Below are positions 23,196-33,887 of a stretch of DNA of 64,000 nt, piece by piece. The notes beneath the pieces were generated by a model that was given only the letters and a program-made list of their open reading frames with translations, did no database searches and had not been told where the DNA came from. This stretch comes from an uncultured Planctomycetota bacterium (lineage in GTDB: Bacteria; Planctomycetota; Planctomycetia; Isosphaerales; Isosphaeraceae), in assembly GCA_963845755.1 (NCBI GenBank), contig CAWJTV010000041.1, forward strand, positions 672,001 through 736,000, in the 5' to 3' direction. The first letter of the stretch is position 1. Each line of letters begins with the position of its first letter. The position numbers and the translations under genes are program-made.

Positions 23196-24605
23196 TCAAC
23201 CTGAGGGCTCGGCCTCCTCGCCGGATTCATCATCGGGCAGGTTGAGTTCCTTGATCCGACGATAGAGCCGCGGGCGGGAGATGCCCAGGATCTCGGCGGC
23301 GCGCGACTTGTTGCTCCGCGACTGGCGCAAGGCCGTCTCGATCAGGCGGCGCTCGACCTCGGTCAACAACTGATCGAGCGGCTTGATCGAACAGGGTGCG
23401 GCCGGAGGATTGTAGGCACCCCCCAGGCTGCCGCGAATCGTGGCGGGCAAGTCATCTGCGGCGATCGTTTGCGCCTTGACGAGTGGTCGTGCGAAGGCAT
23501 GGTCGATGACGCGGGCTAGCTCCGGGAGGTTCCCCGGCCAATCGTAGGCGAGCAGGACCGCGACGGCCTCGGGCGCGAAGCCGATGCGCTGGGGACCTCC
23601 GCGCTCGTTGGCCCGTTCGAGGAAGTGCTGCGCCAGGGCCGGCAATTCGTCACGCCGGTCGCGCAGGGGTGCAAGGCGGATCACCAGCGTCGTCAGGGCG
23701 AAGTAGAACTCTGGGTGCAATCGCTCGTCTCTCAAGGCCACGTCGGGCTCGAGGGCCGTGGTCGCCAGCAGCCGGACGCGCGCATCGAGTGCTTCGACCA
23801 GCCGTACCTGGAGGTCGCGGGGGAGGCTGAGAATCTCATCGATCAGCAAGGAGGAGCCTTCGCTCAGCGAGAGGCATGGCCGCCGCCCGATCCCCGCAGC
23901 CGCGTCGGCGATCTTGGCGCCGAACAACTCGCGCTCGAGGATCTCTGCCGGGAGTGCCTCGCAGTCGAAGGCGATCAACGGTCGCTGGCGGCTTGACCCG
24001 TGCTGATGGATGGTCCGCGCGACGTGTCGCTTTCCTGTCCCCGGCTCGCCGAGGATCAGCACCGGAACCGTCGAGCCCGCCGCCAGCCGGACCTGTTCCA
24101 TCAGCCGGCGGTGAGCCGGGCCGAACCCGATGAGGCCGTCCAGCCCGTACCGCTCCTGCAGGCGCCGACGGATCTCCAGGAGTTCGACATGAAGCTGGTG
24201 GCCTTCGGAATCGGGGACGCTCGGCCGGTCATCCACCGGGCGCACCGTCCCCAACAGACCAATGAGCTGGTCGTGCTCGTCGCGGAACGGCCAGAACTCG
24301 ACCCGACGCCAGAGCGGCTCGCCGGCGGCGTGGTAGATCAACGTCGGGCTTCCCGCGGGCTGACCGGCTATGGCCTCTGGCGGCGGATGGAAGCTCGCGG
24401 CCAGGTCGGTCGCGTCCCCCGCGCGAGTTGGCCCGTGGGCCTGGCAAGTCAGACCCACCACCGACTCGCTCGCATGGCCCGTCAGCTCCTCCCAGGCCCG
24501 ATTCACCCAGACCAGCTTCAGCGCCGGGTCGAGCCAGAAGATGGGTTCGCGCGCGCGCTGCCAGAGCGGATTCGGCTCGAATGCGACGGCGCGTGGAGTT
24601 GGCAT
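23196..24605 (-). CDS. PAS-AAA+-Fis HTH NtrC-like transcriptional regulator (GAFTGA absent)
   Basis: PAS (VNRAWEELTG), GEPGTGKR, ELFG, LIDEI, YDWPGNLPEL, NKSRAAEILGISRPRLYRR. Confidence 0.88.
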   Translation of the reverse strand: MPTPRAVAFEPNPLWQRAREPIFWLDPALKLVWVNRAWEELTGHASESVVGLTCQAHGPTRAGDATDLAASFHPPPEAIAGQPAGSPTLIYHAAGEPLWRRVEFWPFRDEHDQLIGLLGTVRPVDDRPSVPDSEGHQLHVELLEIRRRLQERYGLDGLIGFGPAHRRLMEQVRLAAGSTVPVLILGEPGTGKRHVARTIHQHGSSRQRPLIAFDCEALPAEILERELFGAKIADAAAGIGRRPCLSLSEGSSLLIDEILSLPRDLQVRLVEALDARVRLLATTALEPDVALRDERLHPEFYFALTTLVIRLAPLRDRRDELPALAQHFLERANERGGPQRIGFAPEAVAVLLAYDWPGNLPELARVIDHAFARPLVKAQTIAADDLPATIRGSLGGAYNPPAAPCSIKPLDQLLTEVERRLIETALRQSRSNKSRAAEILGISRPRLYRRIKELNLPDDESGEEAEPSG

Positions 24606-24623
24606 AAAGGCTATGATCTAATG

Positions 24624-24717
24624 AGTGGCAAGTGACAAGTGGCAAGCGGGTAAACGGGATCACATCTCCCTGGCGTTTTTGTCTTCACCTGCCACTTGTC
24701 GCTTGCCACTTGCCACT
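24624..24717. repeat. Inverted heptamer tandem repeats (AGTGGCA)n / (TGCCACT)n
   Basis: 3 units at 24624-24646 and 4 complementary units at 24690-24717, in a divergent intergenic region. Confidence 0.75.
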
Positions 24718-24769
24718 GAGAAGCGACTATCGCTTCGCTCCGGCACGAACGCAAGGAAAAAGCAAAGAC

Positions 24770-25920
24770 ATGGCCGAATCGCAGCCGCTTCCGGAACGAC
24801 CCGAGACATGGGCCATCGCCCTGGACGGAGGGACGACGAACACTCGGGCTCGCCTGTTACACGGGTCTCGGATCATCGCAACCGCACGGCGCGGTCTGGG
24901 CGTCCGAGACACGGTCCTGGGTGATTCCCACCAGCCGGCTGCGCCCGAGGCTGCCTTGAAAGTGGACCGGGATTCGAGCGCGGCAACGTCCGCTCCGCCG
25001 TACCGCGATCGCCTGGTCCGGGCGGTTCGCGAGGTCATCGAGGAGGTCAGCCGGCCCCGGATCGATCCGGCGGAGACTTCTTCCATGGGCGATCGACTGG
25101 AGCTCCTCGTCATGGCCGGCATGCTCTCTTCGGAAGTCGGACTCGTCGCCGTCCCTCATGTCGCGGCACCGGCTGGCCTCGACGACCTGGCCTTGGGCGT
25201 GGCCGTGGTGAGCCTCCCCGAGGTCGCCGCGATGCCGATCCATGTCGTGCCGGGGATCCGGACACCGGCGGCCGAGGGTCCCGACGGTTGGTTCGAGTCC
25301 GACGTGATGCGCGGCGAGGAATGCGAGACCCTGGGGGCTTACGCGGCCCTGGTCGCCGACGGACGGATCGGGCCCGGTCAGTGGCCGGTCTTCCTCTGGC
25401 CGGGCTCGCACACGAAACTGGTGGAAGTTGATACCTCGGGCCGAATTACCCGCAGCCATACTACGCTCGGTGGCGAGCTGCTCCAGGCGGTCGCGCGGAA
25501 CACGCTCCTGGCGGCCAGTTTGCCCGATCCGCTACCTGACGCACCCGACCCGGACGCGGTGGCCGCCGGCGGCCGGGCCGTCGAACGTCAAGGGCTGGGG
25601 CGAGCGGCGTTTCTGGTGCGGATCGCCGCTTTGAACCAGAGCCTTGACCTCGCCGTGCACGCGTCATTCTGGATCGGCGCGGCCGTCACCGCCGACATCC
25701 TGGCACTCGCACGACACCGCATCCTCATGCCCGGCCGGCCAGTCTGGGTAGGCGGGCGTCAGCCGTTGCGCACGCTCTACGCGACCGCCCTCTCTCGCCA
25801 TCACGGCGGACCCGTCGCCCCGCTGGACGATGCCCTGGCCGAGTCCGCCTCGGCACTCGGCGCTGCGCGATCGCCAACCGCCGTGCTCAACTCGATACTC
25901 CTCCGCATCCGGCCGAATGA
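24770..25920 (+). CDS. dgoK: 2-dehydro-3-deoxygalactonokinase (probable frameshift near 25866)
   Basis: ALDGGTTNTRA, AGMLSSEVGL, DVMRGEE, PGSHTK. End inferred after frame correction. Confidence 0.8.
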
Positions 25921-25958
25921 AGGGAGTGCACCACCGTGGCTCGGAGTTCGCCTGGGGC

Positions 25959-26762
25959 TCAGGATTGGCAGAATCGGCTCCAGGACCAGACCACCTGACC
26001 GATGATGATTGGGACTCCATCGCCATTGAACTCGACGGGGATCAGCGGATACTCGCGGCCCTCGTGGTTCGGCCGTAGGATGATGTGGCGGCCGTGGACG
26101 TCCAGCCAGCGTATCATCGGCGTTCCATCAGGGCACACCGCCACGATCTGTCCGTGCAGCTTGGCCGGCTGAGTGATGGAACGATCGATGGCCACGATCG
26201 AGCCGGCGGGCAGGATCGGATACATGGAATCATCAGTCAGGCGAGCCCCGATCGTCTCGGCGGGCTTGGGTAACCAGTGGCGATAGGCCAGCACGTGACC
26301 CTCGACCCGAGCGGCGTCCAGGACAGTCCGGGCGATGTCTGAGAGCGGATACAGAGGGACCGCCACGAACTCCGACGCGACATCGCCCGGCAGGTTCTCG
26401 GGGGCGACGATCACCACCTCGCTGGACGAGCGTTCCAGCTTCTCAAGGCCGCGCCGGATCAGCTCGATCGGGGTCAGTTCCGAGAGGAGACGATCGTCGT
26501 GCGGATGCCGGTATCGCGCACCTTCACCATTGAGCAACCAGGTGGGGTTGACGCCCGTCTGCTCGATGAAGCCGAGCAAGACCTCCGCGGGAACGGTGAC
26601 ACCTGTCTCATAGTTGTACCAGGTTCTCGCCGGAAGACCCAGACGACGGGCCAGCTCCGGTCCGCCGTGCTCTCCGAAAATCTCCTGGCGGATTTCTCTC
26701 AGTCAACGTGATAGAGACGCTTTGACGTTAACACGGACTTTCGGTGTCTTCTTGCGAGCCAC
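25959..26762 (-). pseudogene. HTH + S24 peptidase-like (CI/LexA-type) regulator with in-frame TGA at codon 20 (26703-26705)
   Basis: GTG 26762: VARKKTPKVRVNVKASLSR*LREIRQEIFGEHGGPELARRLGLPARTWYNYETG, in frame with ORF 25959..26579 (WLLNGEG, DSMYP, IIGQVVW). Confidence 0.75.
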
Positions 26763-27186
26763 AGTGCTCGATCCCGCACGCGGGAACCCCCCAAGAATCC
26801 GCTTACGTATTGAAGCACGATCATAGACGAGTCGATCGCGGTGGAACCGATGGGACCGACGTCACCTGGCCGAAGGAGTGCCTGAGCCCTAAGGACATCG
26901 AGTCCTATTTTAGCCGCACATCACCGCCATTTCCACTAGGAATGCGAGCAAGCGAGGAATAAGTCCCGCAGCGAGGCGGCTTCGCAGCTTCATGGATTCC
27001 GGATACAACTTCAACCCCCTACCCGGTTGATCCTATCCATTTTGTGTCGTTGCCACGATCGTCGGCTCAAGACGATGGACGCAACATCTTACTCTATAGT
27101 GAATTGGAAGATGTTGTCGTTGGGATTCCTAATGGGCAATAACCGTCACTATCGGGTCGGTTTGGCTCGGTGAACCGGGTTAGACC

Positions 27187-27206
27187 GCGTTGACAAAATT
27201 CAACGC
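27187..27206. promoter_or_regulatory. Palindrome overlapping a TTGACA hexamer (candidate operator)
   Basis: GCGTTGA-CAAAAT-TCAACGC. A second dyad CAACATCTT-N17-AAGATGTTG lies at 27082-27116. Confidence 0.4.
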
Positions 27207-27623
27207 TCTGTCCGGGTATTGGACGACCCGTTGCAGGCTTACCCAAACTTGGTCTCTCAACAATCCACGACTGGGCCTCGAACCACCATCACGAAGGACT
27301 GGTAGCAGCGGCAACTCGGCGTTCCGAGTCCGAATCTCGCGCAGAGTCCGGGGATGGTCTCCTCGGGCCACTTCCTCGGATGCCGGAACCACACTGGACC
27401 GCGATGTGGGCCAACTCGCCTGACGTCGAACTTCCAAGTTCCATCGGATTCGTTCCCCTCGGAGTTCGGCTTTCGATCTCCGCGGGCTGGCGGAGCTGAA
27501 CGATTCCGCCTCGCTCGTCTGTGAACGGCGAAGGAAGAGATCCCCCGGAGAACGAGGCCTGACTCCGAGTCTTCGTAGTGCCTGGCCCCTGTCGTTGGAG
27601 TGCCTTCCGTCCTCGCGGGATTC

Positions 27624-27923
27624 TCAAAAGAATCCCAGCTCATCGCGGGCGGCATCAGTCATCTTCTCGGGGGACCACGGCGGGGACATCACCAGGCGGA
27701 CATTGGCCTTGGCGATGCCCGGGACGGACTCCAGGGCTGTCGCGGCACTTCGGAGCATCTCCGGACCGGCCGGGCACGCGGGAGAGGTCAGGGTCATCTC
27801 GACCTCCACCTGATCCTCGTGAGTCTGGATCGAGTAGATCAGTCCCAGGTTGACCACATTGACATTCAACTCGGGATCCTTGACCTTGCGCAGGGCCTCG
27901 ATCAGGGTTTCTTGATCGATCAT
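27624..27923 (-). CDS. sufT: Metal-sulfur cluster assembly factor (DUF59/SufT)
   Basis: KDPELNVNVVNLGLIY, MTLTSPACP, PPWSPEKMT. Confidence 0.9.
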   Translation of the reverse strand: MIDQETLIEALRKVKDPELNVNVVNLGLIYSIQTHEDQVEVEMTLTSPACPAGPEMLRSAATALESVPGIAKANVRLVMSPPWSPEKMTDAARDELGFF

Positions 27924-28022
27924 TGCTTTGTCCTTGGTTCGCGAGCGGACTGAGGAGCCATCTCCGAGGGACTGGAGCCAGGCGACCCTCACGGATAACA
28001 TTGTTGAACAAAAGATCAAAAA

Positions 28023-28334
28023 CTATTGAAGAGCCACGTAGATATCATCGCCGCGCACCTCGGTGGCATGGACAGCCACGGGTTCGATGGCGGGCATGCA
28101 CAGGGGACGGCCGGTCCGCACGTCGAAGCGCGCTCCGTGGCGCGGGCATTGAATCTCGCAGCCCATCAGTTCGCCCTCGGCGAGCGGTCCGCCATCGTGC
28201 GTGCAGACGTCGTCGATCGCGTGAAAGCTGCCGTCGACGTTGAAGACCGCGATGGCGCGGCCGTTGACCTCGACGAGCTTCTTGCCGCCGGAGGGCAATT
28301 CCGAGCGAGTCGCGACCTTTACGAATTCTGGCAT
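28023..28334 (-). CDS. Rieske [2Fe-2S] ferredoxin
   Basis: CTHDGGPL and CPRHGARFD motifs. Confidence 0.92.
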   Translation of the reverse strand: MPEFVKVATRSELPSGGKKLVEVNGRAIAVFNVDGSFHAIDDVCTHDGGPLAEGELMGCEIQCPRHGARFDVRTGRPLCMPAIEPVAVHATEVRGDDIYVALQ

Positions 28335-28411
28335 AATAGGAAGAGTCCTTGCTTCGCGGTCAGTGAGAAGTGGCAAGACAAGATAAATGGTCACGTGCCA
28401 CTACGACGCAA

Positions 28412-28861
28412 CTAACCACGAGCCGCCGGGTTTTCCGCCCGGGTTATCGCGGCACGGGTCACATCACCCTTGACGCGACGAAGGACACCGGACAGCCCCC
28501 GGACTCGGAGCATACCCAGGATCTCCGTCAGGCCACATCGGTCGACCAGATCATTGGGCACGCGCAGGACGTCTTCCACGCTGGCCCCATCGAGCCCCTC
28601 CATCAGTAGCGACACGAACCCGCGCACGGTCGGGGCCTCGATCGGCGCGTCGGCGTGGAGCGAGACCCGCTGGCCGTCGATCTCGACGAACAGATAGACC
28701 GGAGACTGGCATTCCTCGACCCGATGGGCCGCGTCCTTGTGAGCGGCCAATCGATCCGGCAGCGGCGGCAGGCTCTTGGCGAAATCGAGCAAGAGGTCGA
28801 TACGATCCTGTCTGTCGGATTCGCTCAATTCGGTGACGATTTCATCCAACTTCTTGGTCAT
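28412..28861 (-). CDS. sufE: SufE-family sulfur acceptor
   Basis: RVEECQSPVY, EAPTVRGF, LRVRGL. Confidence 0.88.
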   Translation of the reverse strand: MTKKLDEIVTELSESDRQDRIDLLLDFAKSLPPLPDRLAAHKDAAHRVEECQSPVYLFVEIDGQRVSLHADAPIEAPTVRGFVSLLMEGLDGASVEDVLRVPNDLVDRCGLTEILGMLRVRGLSGVLRRVKGDVTRAAITRAENPAARG

Positions 28862-29014
28862 TCGTGGCGCTTGCCTCTTTAGTGATTTGGTCGTGAGTCC
28901 TTGATCATCTCGTGGCTCGACCCGAAGGGGCTCGGAGTGGAGTCGTCCAGGTCCCGGGGCTGAAGCCAGTCCGAGGACACGCGGCGCACATCCAAGACTG
29001 ATGACCGGTGACGA

Positions 29015-29869
29015 CTAGGCGCCCTTGGCGATCGGGGCCCGTACCAGGTTGCCCCACTCGGTCCAGGATCCATCATAGTTCCGGACATGAGGATAGCCCA
29101 GCAGGTAGGTCAGGACGAACCAGGTCAAGCTGGATCGCTCACCGATGCGGCAGTAGGCGACAACATTGTCGCCGGGCTTCAGGCCCACTTCCTGTTCGTA
29201 GATTCCGCGGAGTTCCGCGGCGGACTTGAATGTGCCATCCTCGTTGACCGCGCGGCTCCAGGGGACGTTCTTGGCGCCGGGGATATGGCCGCCGCGGAGC
29301 GCGCCTTCCTGGGGATAATCTTCCATGTGCAGCTTTTCGCCGGTGAATTCCTTGGGGCTGCGGACGTCGATCATGGGGAGCCCGGCCTTGCAGTGGGCCA
29401 GGACCTCGTCGCGGAAGGTCCGGATGCGCTCCTCCTGGCTCCCTCCGACGGTGTAGGAAGCTCGCGGGTAGTTCGGCACCTCGGTGGTGGTGGGCCGCTT
29501 CTGGTCGAGCCAGAGCTTGCGGCCGCCGTTGAGGACCCGGCAGTCGGCGTGTCCGAAGAGTTTGAATGCCCAGAAGGCATAGCACGCCCACCAGTTCGAC
29601 TTGTCACCGTAGAACACGACGGTGGTGTCGCTGGCGATGCCGGCCCTGGAGCACAGGGCGGTGAACTTCTCGGCGTTGATGTAGTCGCGGAGCAACTGGT
29701 CCTGGAGGTCCCCCTGCCAGTCGATCCGGACGGCGCCGGGGATGTGGGACAGGTCGTAGAGCAATATGTCTTCGTCGCTCTCGACGATGCGGACTTTCGG
29801 ATCCTTCAGGTGGTCTTCGACCCAATCGGCCGAGACCAGCACTTCCGGGTGAACGTAGGCTTCTCCCAT
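29015..29869 (-). CDS. Tandem-domain thiosulfate sulfurtransferase (rhodanese, SseA/CysA-type)
   Basis: [15 protein letters not shown] twice, active site [18 protein letters not shown]. Own ATG at 29869. Confidence 0.93.
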   Translation of the reverse strand: MGEAYVHPEVLVSADWVEDHLKDPKVRIVESDEDILLYDLSHIPGAVRIDWQGDLQDQLLRDYINAEKFTALCSRAGIASDTTVVFYGDKSNWWACYAFWAFKLFGHADCRVLNGGRKLWLDQKRPTTTEVPNYPRASYTVGGSQEERIRTFRDEVLAHCKAGLPMIDVRSPKEFTGEKLHMEDYPQEGALRGGHIPGAKNVPWSRAVNEDGTFKSAAELRGIYEQEVGLKPGDNVVAYCRIGERSSLTWFVLTYLLGYPHVRNYDGSWTEWGNLVRAPIAKGA

Positions 29870-29919
29870 GGGGTAGACTCCGTGTTGACACGATCGAGTG
29901 AATGCGATTCCAACAGGTT

Positions 29920-31249
29920 TCAGGCCAGCTTCGCCGCGACGGCCTGACGGAGCGTTTCGCGGACCGGCTCGACGGTGATTCGGTCGTAGACGTCGGCGAA
30001 GAAGCCCTCGACGATCAGCCGGACGGCGGTCTCGTGGGGGATGCCGCGGGCGGCGGCGTAGAAGATCATGTCTTCGTCCACGCGGCCGGCGGTGGCGCCG
30101 TGGGTACAGCGGACGTCGTTGGCCTCGATCTCCAGGCCGGGGATCGAGTCGGCCCGGGCGGACTCGGAGAGGACGAGGTTGTCGTTCTTCTGATAGGCGT
30201 CGGTGCGCTGCGCGTCCTTCTCGACACGGATCATCCCCTTCCAGACGACCCGCGACCGGTCCTTGAGCCCCCCCTTGTAGAGCAGGTCGCTGGTGGTGTG
30301 GTGAGAGACATGATCCTGGCGCGTGAAGTAGGCCAGATGCTGGCGACCGGTGGTGAACATCACGCCGTTGACCTGGGCGTCGGCCCCCGGGCCGGCGAGC
30401 ACGACTTCCTGGTTGACCTTGGCCAACCGCGAGCCCAGTCCGCCGACGGTCCACTGGAGCGCGGCATCGCGTCCGACGATCGCCCGTTCCCGGCTGAAGT
30501 GCCAGGTCGCGTCGTCCCAGTTCTGGATGTTGACCACCCGGAGCCGGGCCCCTTGCCAGGAAGACCTCGAGTGCCCCGGCGTGGAATGCCGGCGTCTGAC
30601 CGCCGCCTCGGCCGGCCGACTCTCGGACCAGGGTCGCCTCCGCGCCGTCCTCGAGCACGATCAGGGTGTGACTCAGATCGACGCTCCCCCCCTGCCCCAT
30701 CCCGACCAGGCTGAACAACGGGGCCTCGAGCTTCACTCCCTTGGGCACGTAAAGCAGCGACCCACTCGTCCAGAAAGCCGAGTGCAGAGCGGCGAAGATG
30801 TCGTCGCCTGGGGTGACAGCCTGCGTCAACAGGTACCGATCGAGGATCTCCGGATGATCCTTGACCGCGCGGTCGAGGTCGACGAAGATCGCCCCGCCTA
30901 AATGTGAGGCATCGGGCTCACGAACCAGGGCGCCGTTGATATGAGCAATCCCGGTGGCGTAATGCGAGCTCAACGTCCGCCAGAGCTCGTCGAACGATGC
31001 GCGGGCCTCGGCGCTCGGTTCCTCGGCGGCCGGGGGTGCGAACGCGTCGAGCTTCAGGCCGCGGATATCCGTCCGCCGCCATTCCTCCTCGCGCGCGCTC
31101 GGCCACGGGAACGCCTGGAAGCGCGCGAAGGCGTCCTGGCGACGCTCGACCAGCCACGCGGGCTCGTCGCGCCCCTTCATGAAGCGGTGGAAGGCGTCCT
31201 CGGTGAAGCCGCCGGTGGTGGGAGTGATTGTCCCCGATGCACTACTCAT
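29920..31249 (-). CDS. sufD: Fe-S cluster assembly protein SufD (frameshift near 30551)
   Basis: [53 protein letters not shown]. Confidence 0.92.
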
Positions 31250-31469
31250 GGTGATGGAACTCTTCAAAGACCGAGTCAGACTCTTGGGCCACTCCGGATC
31301 GGTGCCCGCTTTCCGCCTCGCGGATGTCATATTCCCGGAAAGCCTCGTCGGCAATCTGGGCGAGAGTCTCCTCATCCAGACGAGGCCATTCCATTTCGGC
31401 TGTGTGCCACAGCGGCTCGCAGTCAGGTTGTTGATACGAATCTTGACCTTCAGCGGGATCGGTCATCAT
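31242..31469 (-). CDS. Small acidic hypothetical protein (possible orphan antitoxin-like)
   Basis: 75-aa ORF overlapping both neighbours, [18 protein letters not shown]. Confidence 0.5.
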   Translation of the reverse strand: MMTDPAEGQDSYQQPDCEPLWHTAEMEWPRLDEETLAQIADEAFREYDIREAESGHRSGVAQESDSVFEEFHHHE

Positions 31470-31900
31470 GGATTCACCTTCTGGATCGGTTGCTCTAACC
31501 TGGCCGTCTTGATGACCTCGATCAGAAGATTGAAACTGAATGCGACTGCACCGCCCAGGATTGTCGCCAGGATTAATTTCCCGATCTCGAAGCGATTCGA
31601 GCGTAGCTTGTCGAACTCCTTCGTAGTGCTTTTCAACGCCTCGTCGATGCGAGCGAGCCGGTCGTTAGGATCCGATTTATCGAGCCGGTCCTTGAAGTGC
31701 TTCAGGGCCTCTTCGATACGGGCGACCTGAGTATCCAGTTGATGAATCTGACTCTTCACTCCATCCGAGTTCTTCTCGAGTTCGTCTAGGTCGCCTCGGA
31801 TCGCCTCAAGGGCCTTGATTGTCGCGTCCGCACGGACTTGCAAGATCTCGACGGCCTTCTCGAGTTCAATTATCGCGTTCGACTTCGGCGGCAACCTCAA
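31466..31900 (-). CDS. Coiled-coil protein with C-terminal TM helix
   Basis: Heptad-rich (ARIEEALK / ARIDEALK duplication), hydrophobic LILATILGGAVAFSFNLLI. Confidence 0.65.
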   Translation of the reverse strand: MRLPPKSNAIIELEKAVEILQVRADATIKALEAIRGDLDELEKNSDGVKSQIHQLDTQVARIEEALKHFKDRLDKSDPNDRLARIDEALKSTTKEFDKLRSNRFEIGKLILATILGGAVAFSFNLLIEVIKTARLEQPIQKVNP

Positions 31901-32304
31901 TCCCCTTCGAGAGTTTCTACCAGTTCATGGACACGATCCATCTGTTTATGCGAGAGATCTTGAAGGAACTCGCTCCAAGCTTGGAGTAAACGTGTTTTCA
32001 TGAGGTTCTGGTTTCTCAGCTCTAACGGCTGAAAGGTTTCCTCCTTGGTTTCGGAGAACGGATCGGTCAATCTCAGACGGACCATTCGTCTGGGGCCGGA
32101 AGGGCCGGGTACCTCGACTTGGGACCACTCCGCCTGGACGAAACGAGCGCCGCGGGCCCCGACGATTTCGCCAAGGGTCTTCTCGGCACCGGAAATCTCG
32201 GAATCGGAGATTTCTGCGAGGGTTTCCGAGGCGGTTGATACTCGATCGTAAAGATGAGGTTCTTCTCTAGGATCGATTTGGATCTTGTTCTCCATGGGAA
32301 ACAC
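31897..32304 (-). CDS. Hypothetical protein
   Basis: 135-aa ORF, GGAGG RBS near MENK start, 4-nt overlap with the next gene. Confidence 0.6.
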   Translation of the reverse strand: MFPMENKIQIDPREEPHLYDRVSTASETLAEISDSEISGAEKTLGEIVGARGARFVQAEWSQVEVPGPSGPRRMVRLRLTDPFSETKEETFQPLELRNQNLMKTRLLQAWSEFLQDLSHKQMDRVHELVETLEGD

Positions 32305-32405
32305 CTCCGAGTCGTACGCTTATCGTTCGAGGGGCTCACAAAGTTCTCGTCGGGATGGCAGCCGAAAACCTGGTGGTTCGTGAACGCCTCCCGACAAGGG
32401 CCGCC

Positions 32406-33822
32406 TCACCCCACCGAGCCTTCCATCTGGAGCTGGATGAGCTTGTTCATCTCGACGGCGTATTCCATGGGCAGCTCCCTGACCAGGGGCTCGATGAACC
32501 CGCTGACGATCAAGGTCGAGGCCTCGGCCTCGGAAAGACCGCGGCTCCTGAGGTAGAAGAGCTGCTCCTCGCCGATCTTGGAGACGCTGGCCTCGTGGCC
32601 GACCTTGACGTCGTCCTCGTCGATCTCGATATAAGGATACGTGTCGGACCGACTCCGGTCGTCGAGGATCAAGGCATCGCAGACGACGTTGGACTTGGAG
32701 CCCTTGGCGCCGTCGGCGATCTTGAGGAGGCCGCGGTAGCTGGCCCGACCGCCGTTCTTGCTGATGCTCTTGGAGATAATCCGCGAGCTGGTGTAGGGCG
32801 CGCCGTGGACGACCTTGCCGCCGGCGTCCTGATGCTGTCCCTTGCCGGCGAACGCGATCGAGAGGATCTCGCCCCGCGCCCCCTTGCCCAGCATGTAGAC
32901 CGCGGGGTACTTCATGGTCAGCTTGCTGCCCAGATTGCCGTTGACCCATTCCATCAACGCATCCTCGTAGGCCACGGCCCGTTTGGTCACGAGGTTGTAG
33001 ATATTATTCGCCCAGTTCTGGATCGTGGTGTACCGGCAACGGCCATGCTTCTTGACGACGATCTCGACCACGGCCGAGTGCAGGCTCTCGCTGGTGTAGA
33101 TAGGCGCCGTGCAGCCCTCGACGTAATGGACCTGCGCCCCCTCCTCGACGATGATCAGCGTCCGCTCGAACTGGCCCATGTTCTCGGCGTTGATCCGGAA
33201 ATACGCCTGGAGGGGGATATCCACCTTGACGCCGGCCGGGATGTAGACGAACGACCCACCGCTCCAGACCGCCGAGTTGAGCGCGGCGAACTTGTTGTCC
33301 TGCATCGGGATGATCGTGCCGAAGTACTGCTTCACCAGGTCGGGGTGCTCGCGCACCGCCGTGTCGGTATCGACGAAGAGCACCCCCTTCTTCTGCAGGT
33401 CTTCGCGCAGACTGATGATAGACGACTTCCGACTCATACTGGGCGCCGACTCCGGCGAGGAACTTGCGCTCGGCCTCGGGGATGCCCAGCTTCTCGAACG
33501 TGTTCTTGATCTCGGCCGGGACGTCGTCCCAACTCTTCCCCTGGCGGTCGGCGGCCTTCATGTAATAGTGGATGTCGTCGAAGTTCAAGGGCGACAGGTC
33601 CCCTCCCCACTGGGGGGTCGGCTTCTGCCGGAAGACCTCCAGTGCCTTGAGGCGGTAGTCGCGCATCCACTGGGGCTCGTTCTTCATCTCCGAGATCTCG
33701 CAGACGATCTCGCGCGTCAGTCCCTTGCCGCTCTTGAACGCGTAGTTCTCTTCGGAGTCATGGAACCCGTACTTGTAGTCGTCCTTGATCCCCGCAACCT
33801 GGAGGTTCAAATCGGTCGCCAT
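32406..33822 (-). CDS. sufB: Fe-S cluster assembly protein SufB (frameshift near 33417)
   Basis: [65 protein letters not shown]. Confidence 0.96.
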
Positions 33823-33887
33823 CGTGGATCATCCTTCCTTTGCCTGGGTCTCATTGTGCGGTGACGGTGTCGTGTTGGTCTGGACGT

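Noticed and set aside
22676..26705. Stop-codon reassignment, selenocysteine or pyrrolysine at the two in-frame stops
   Set aside because: TAG and TGA both end many ordinary genes here, the stops differ from each other, and neither is at a Cys-like catalytic position.
25959..26762. Prophage marked by a CI-like repressor
   Set aside because: No integrase, structural or replication phage genes nearby.
29015..31375. Apparent 786-aa SufD-rhodanese fusion ORF
   Set aside because: Artefact of the frameshift near 30551. The SufD C-terminus is in another frame ending at 29920 and the rhodanese has its own ATG at 29869.
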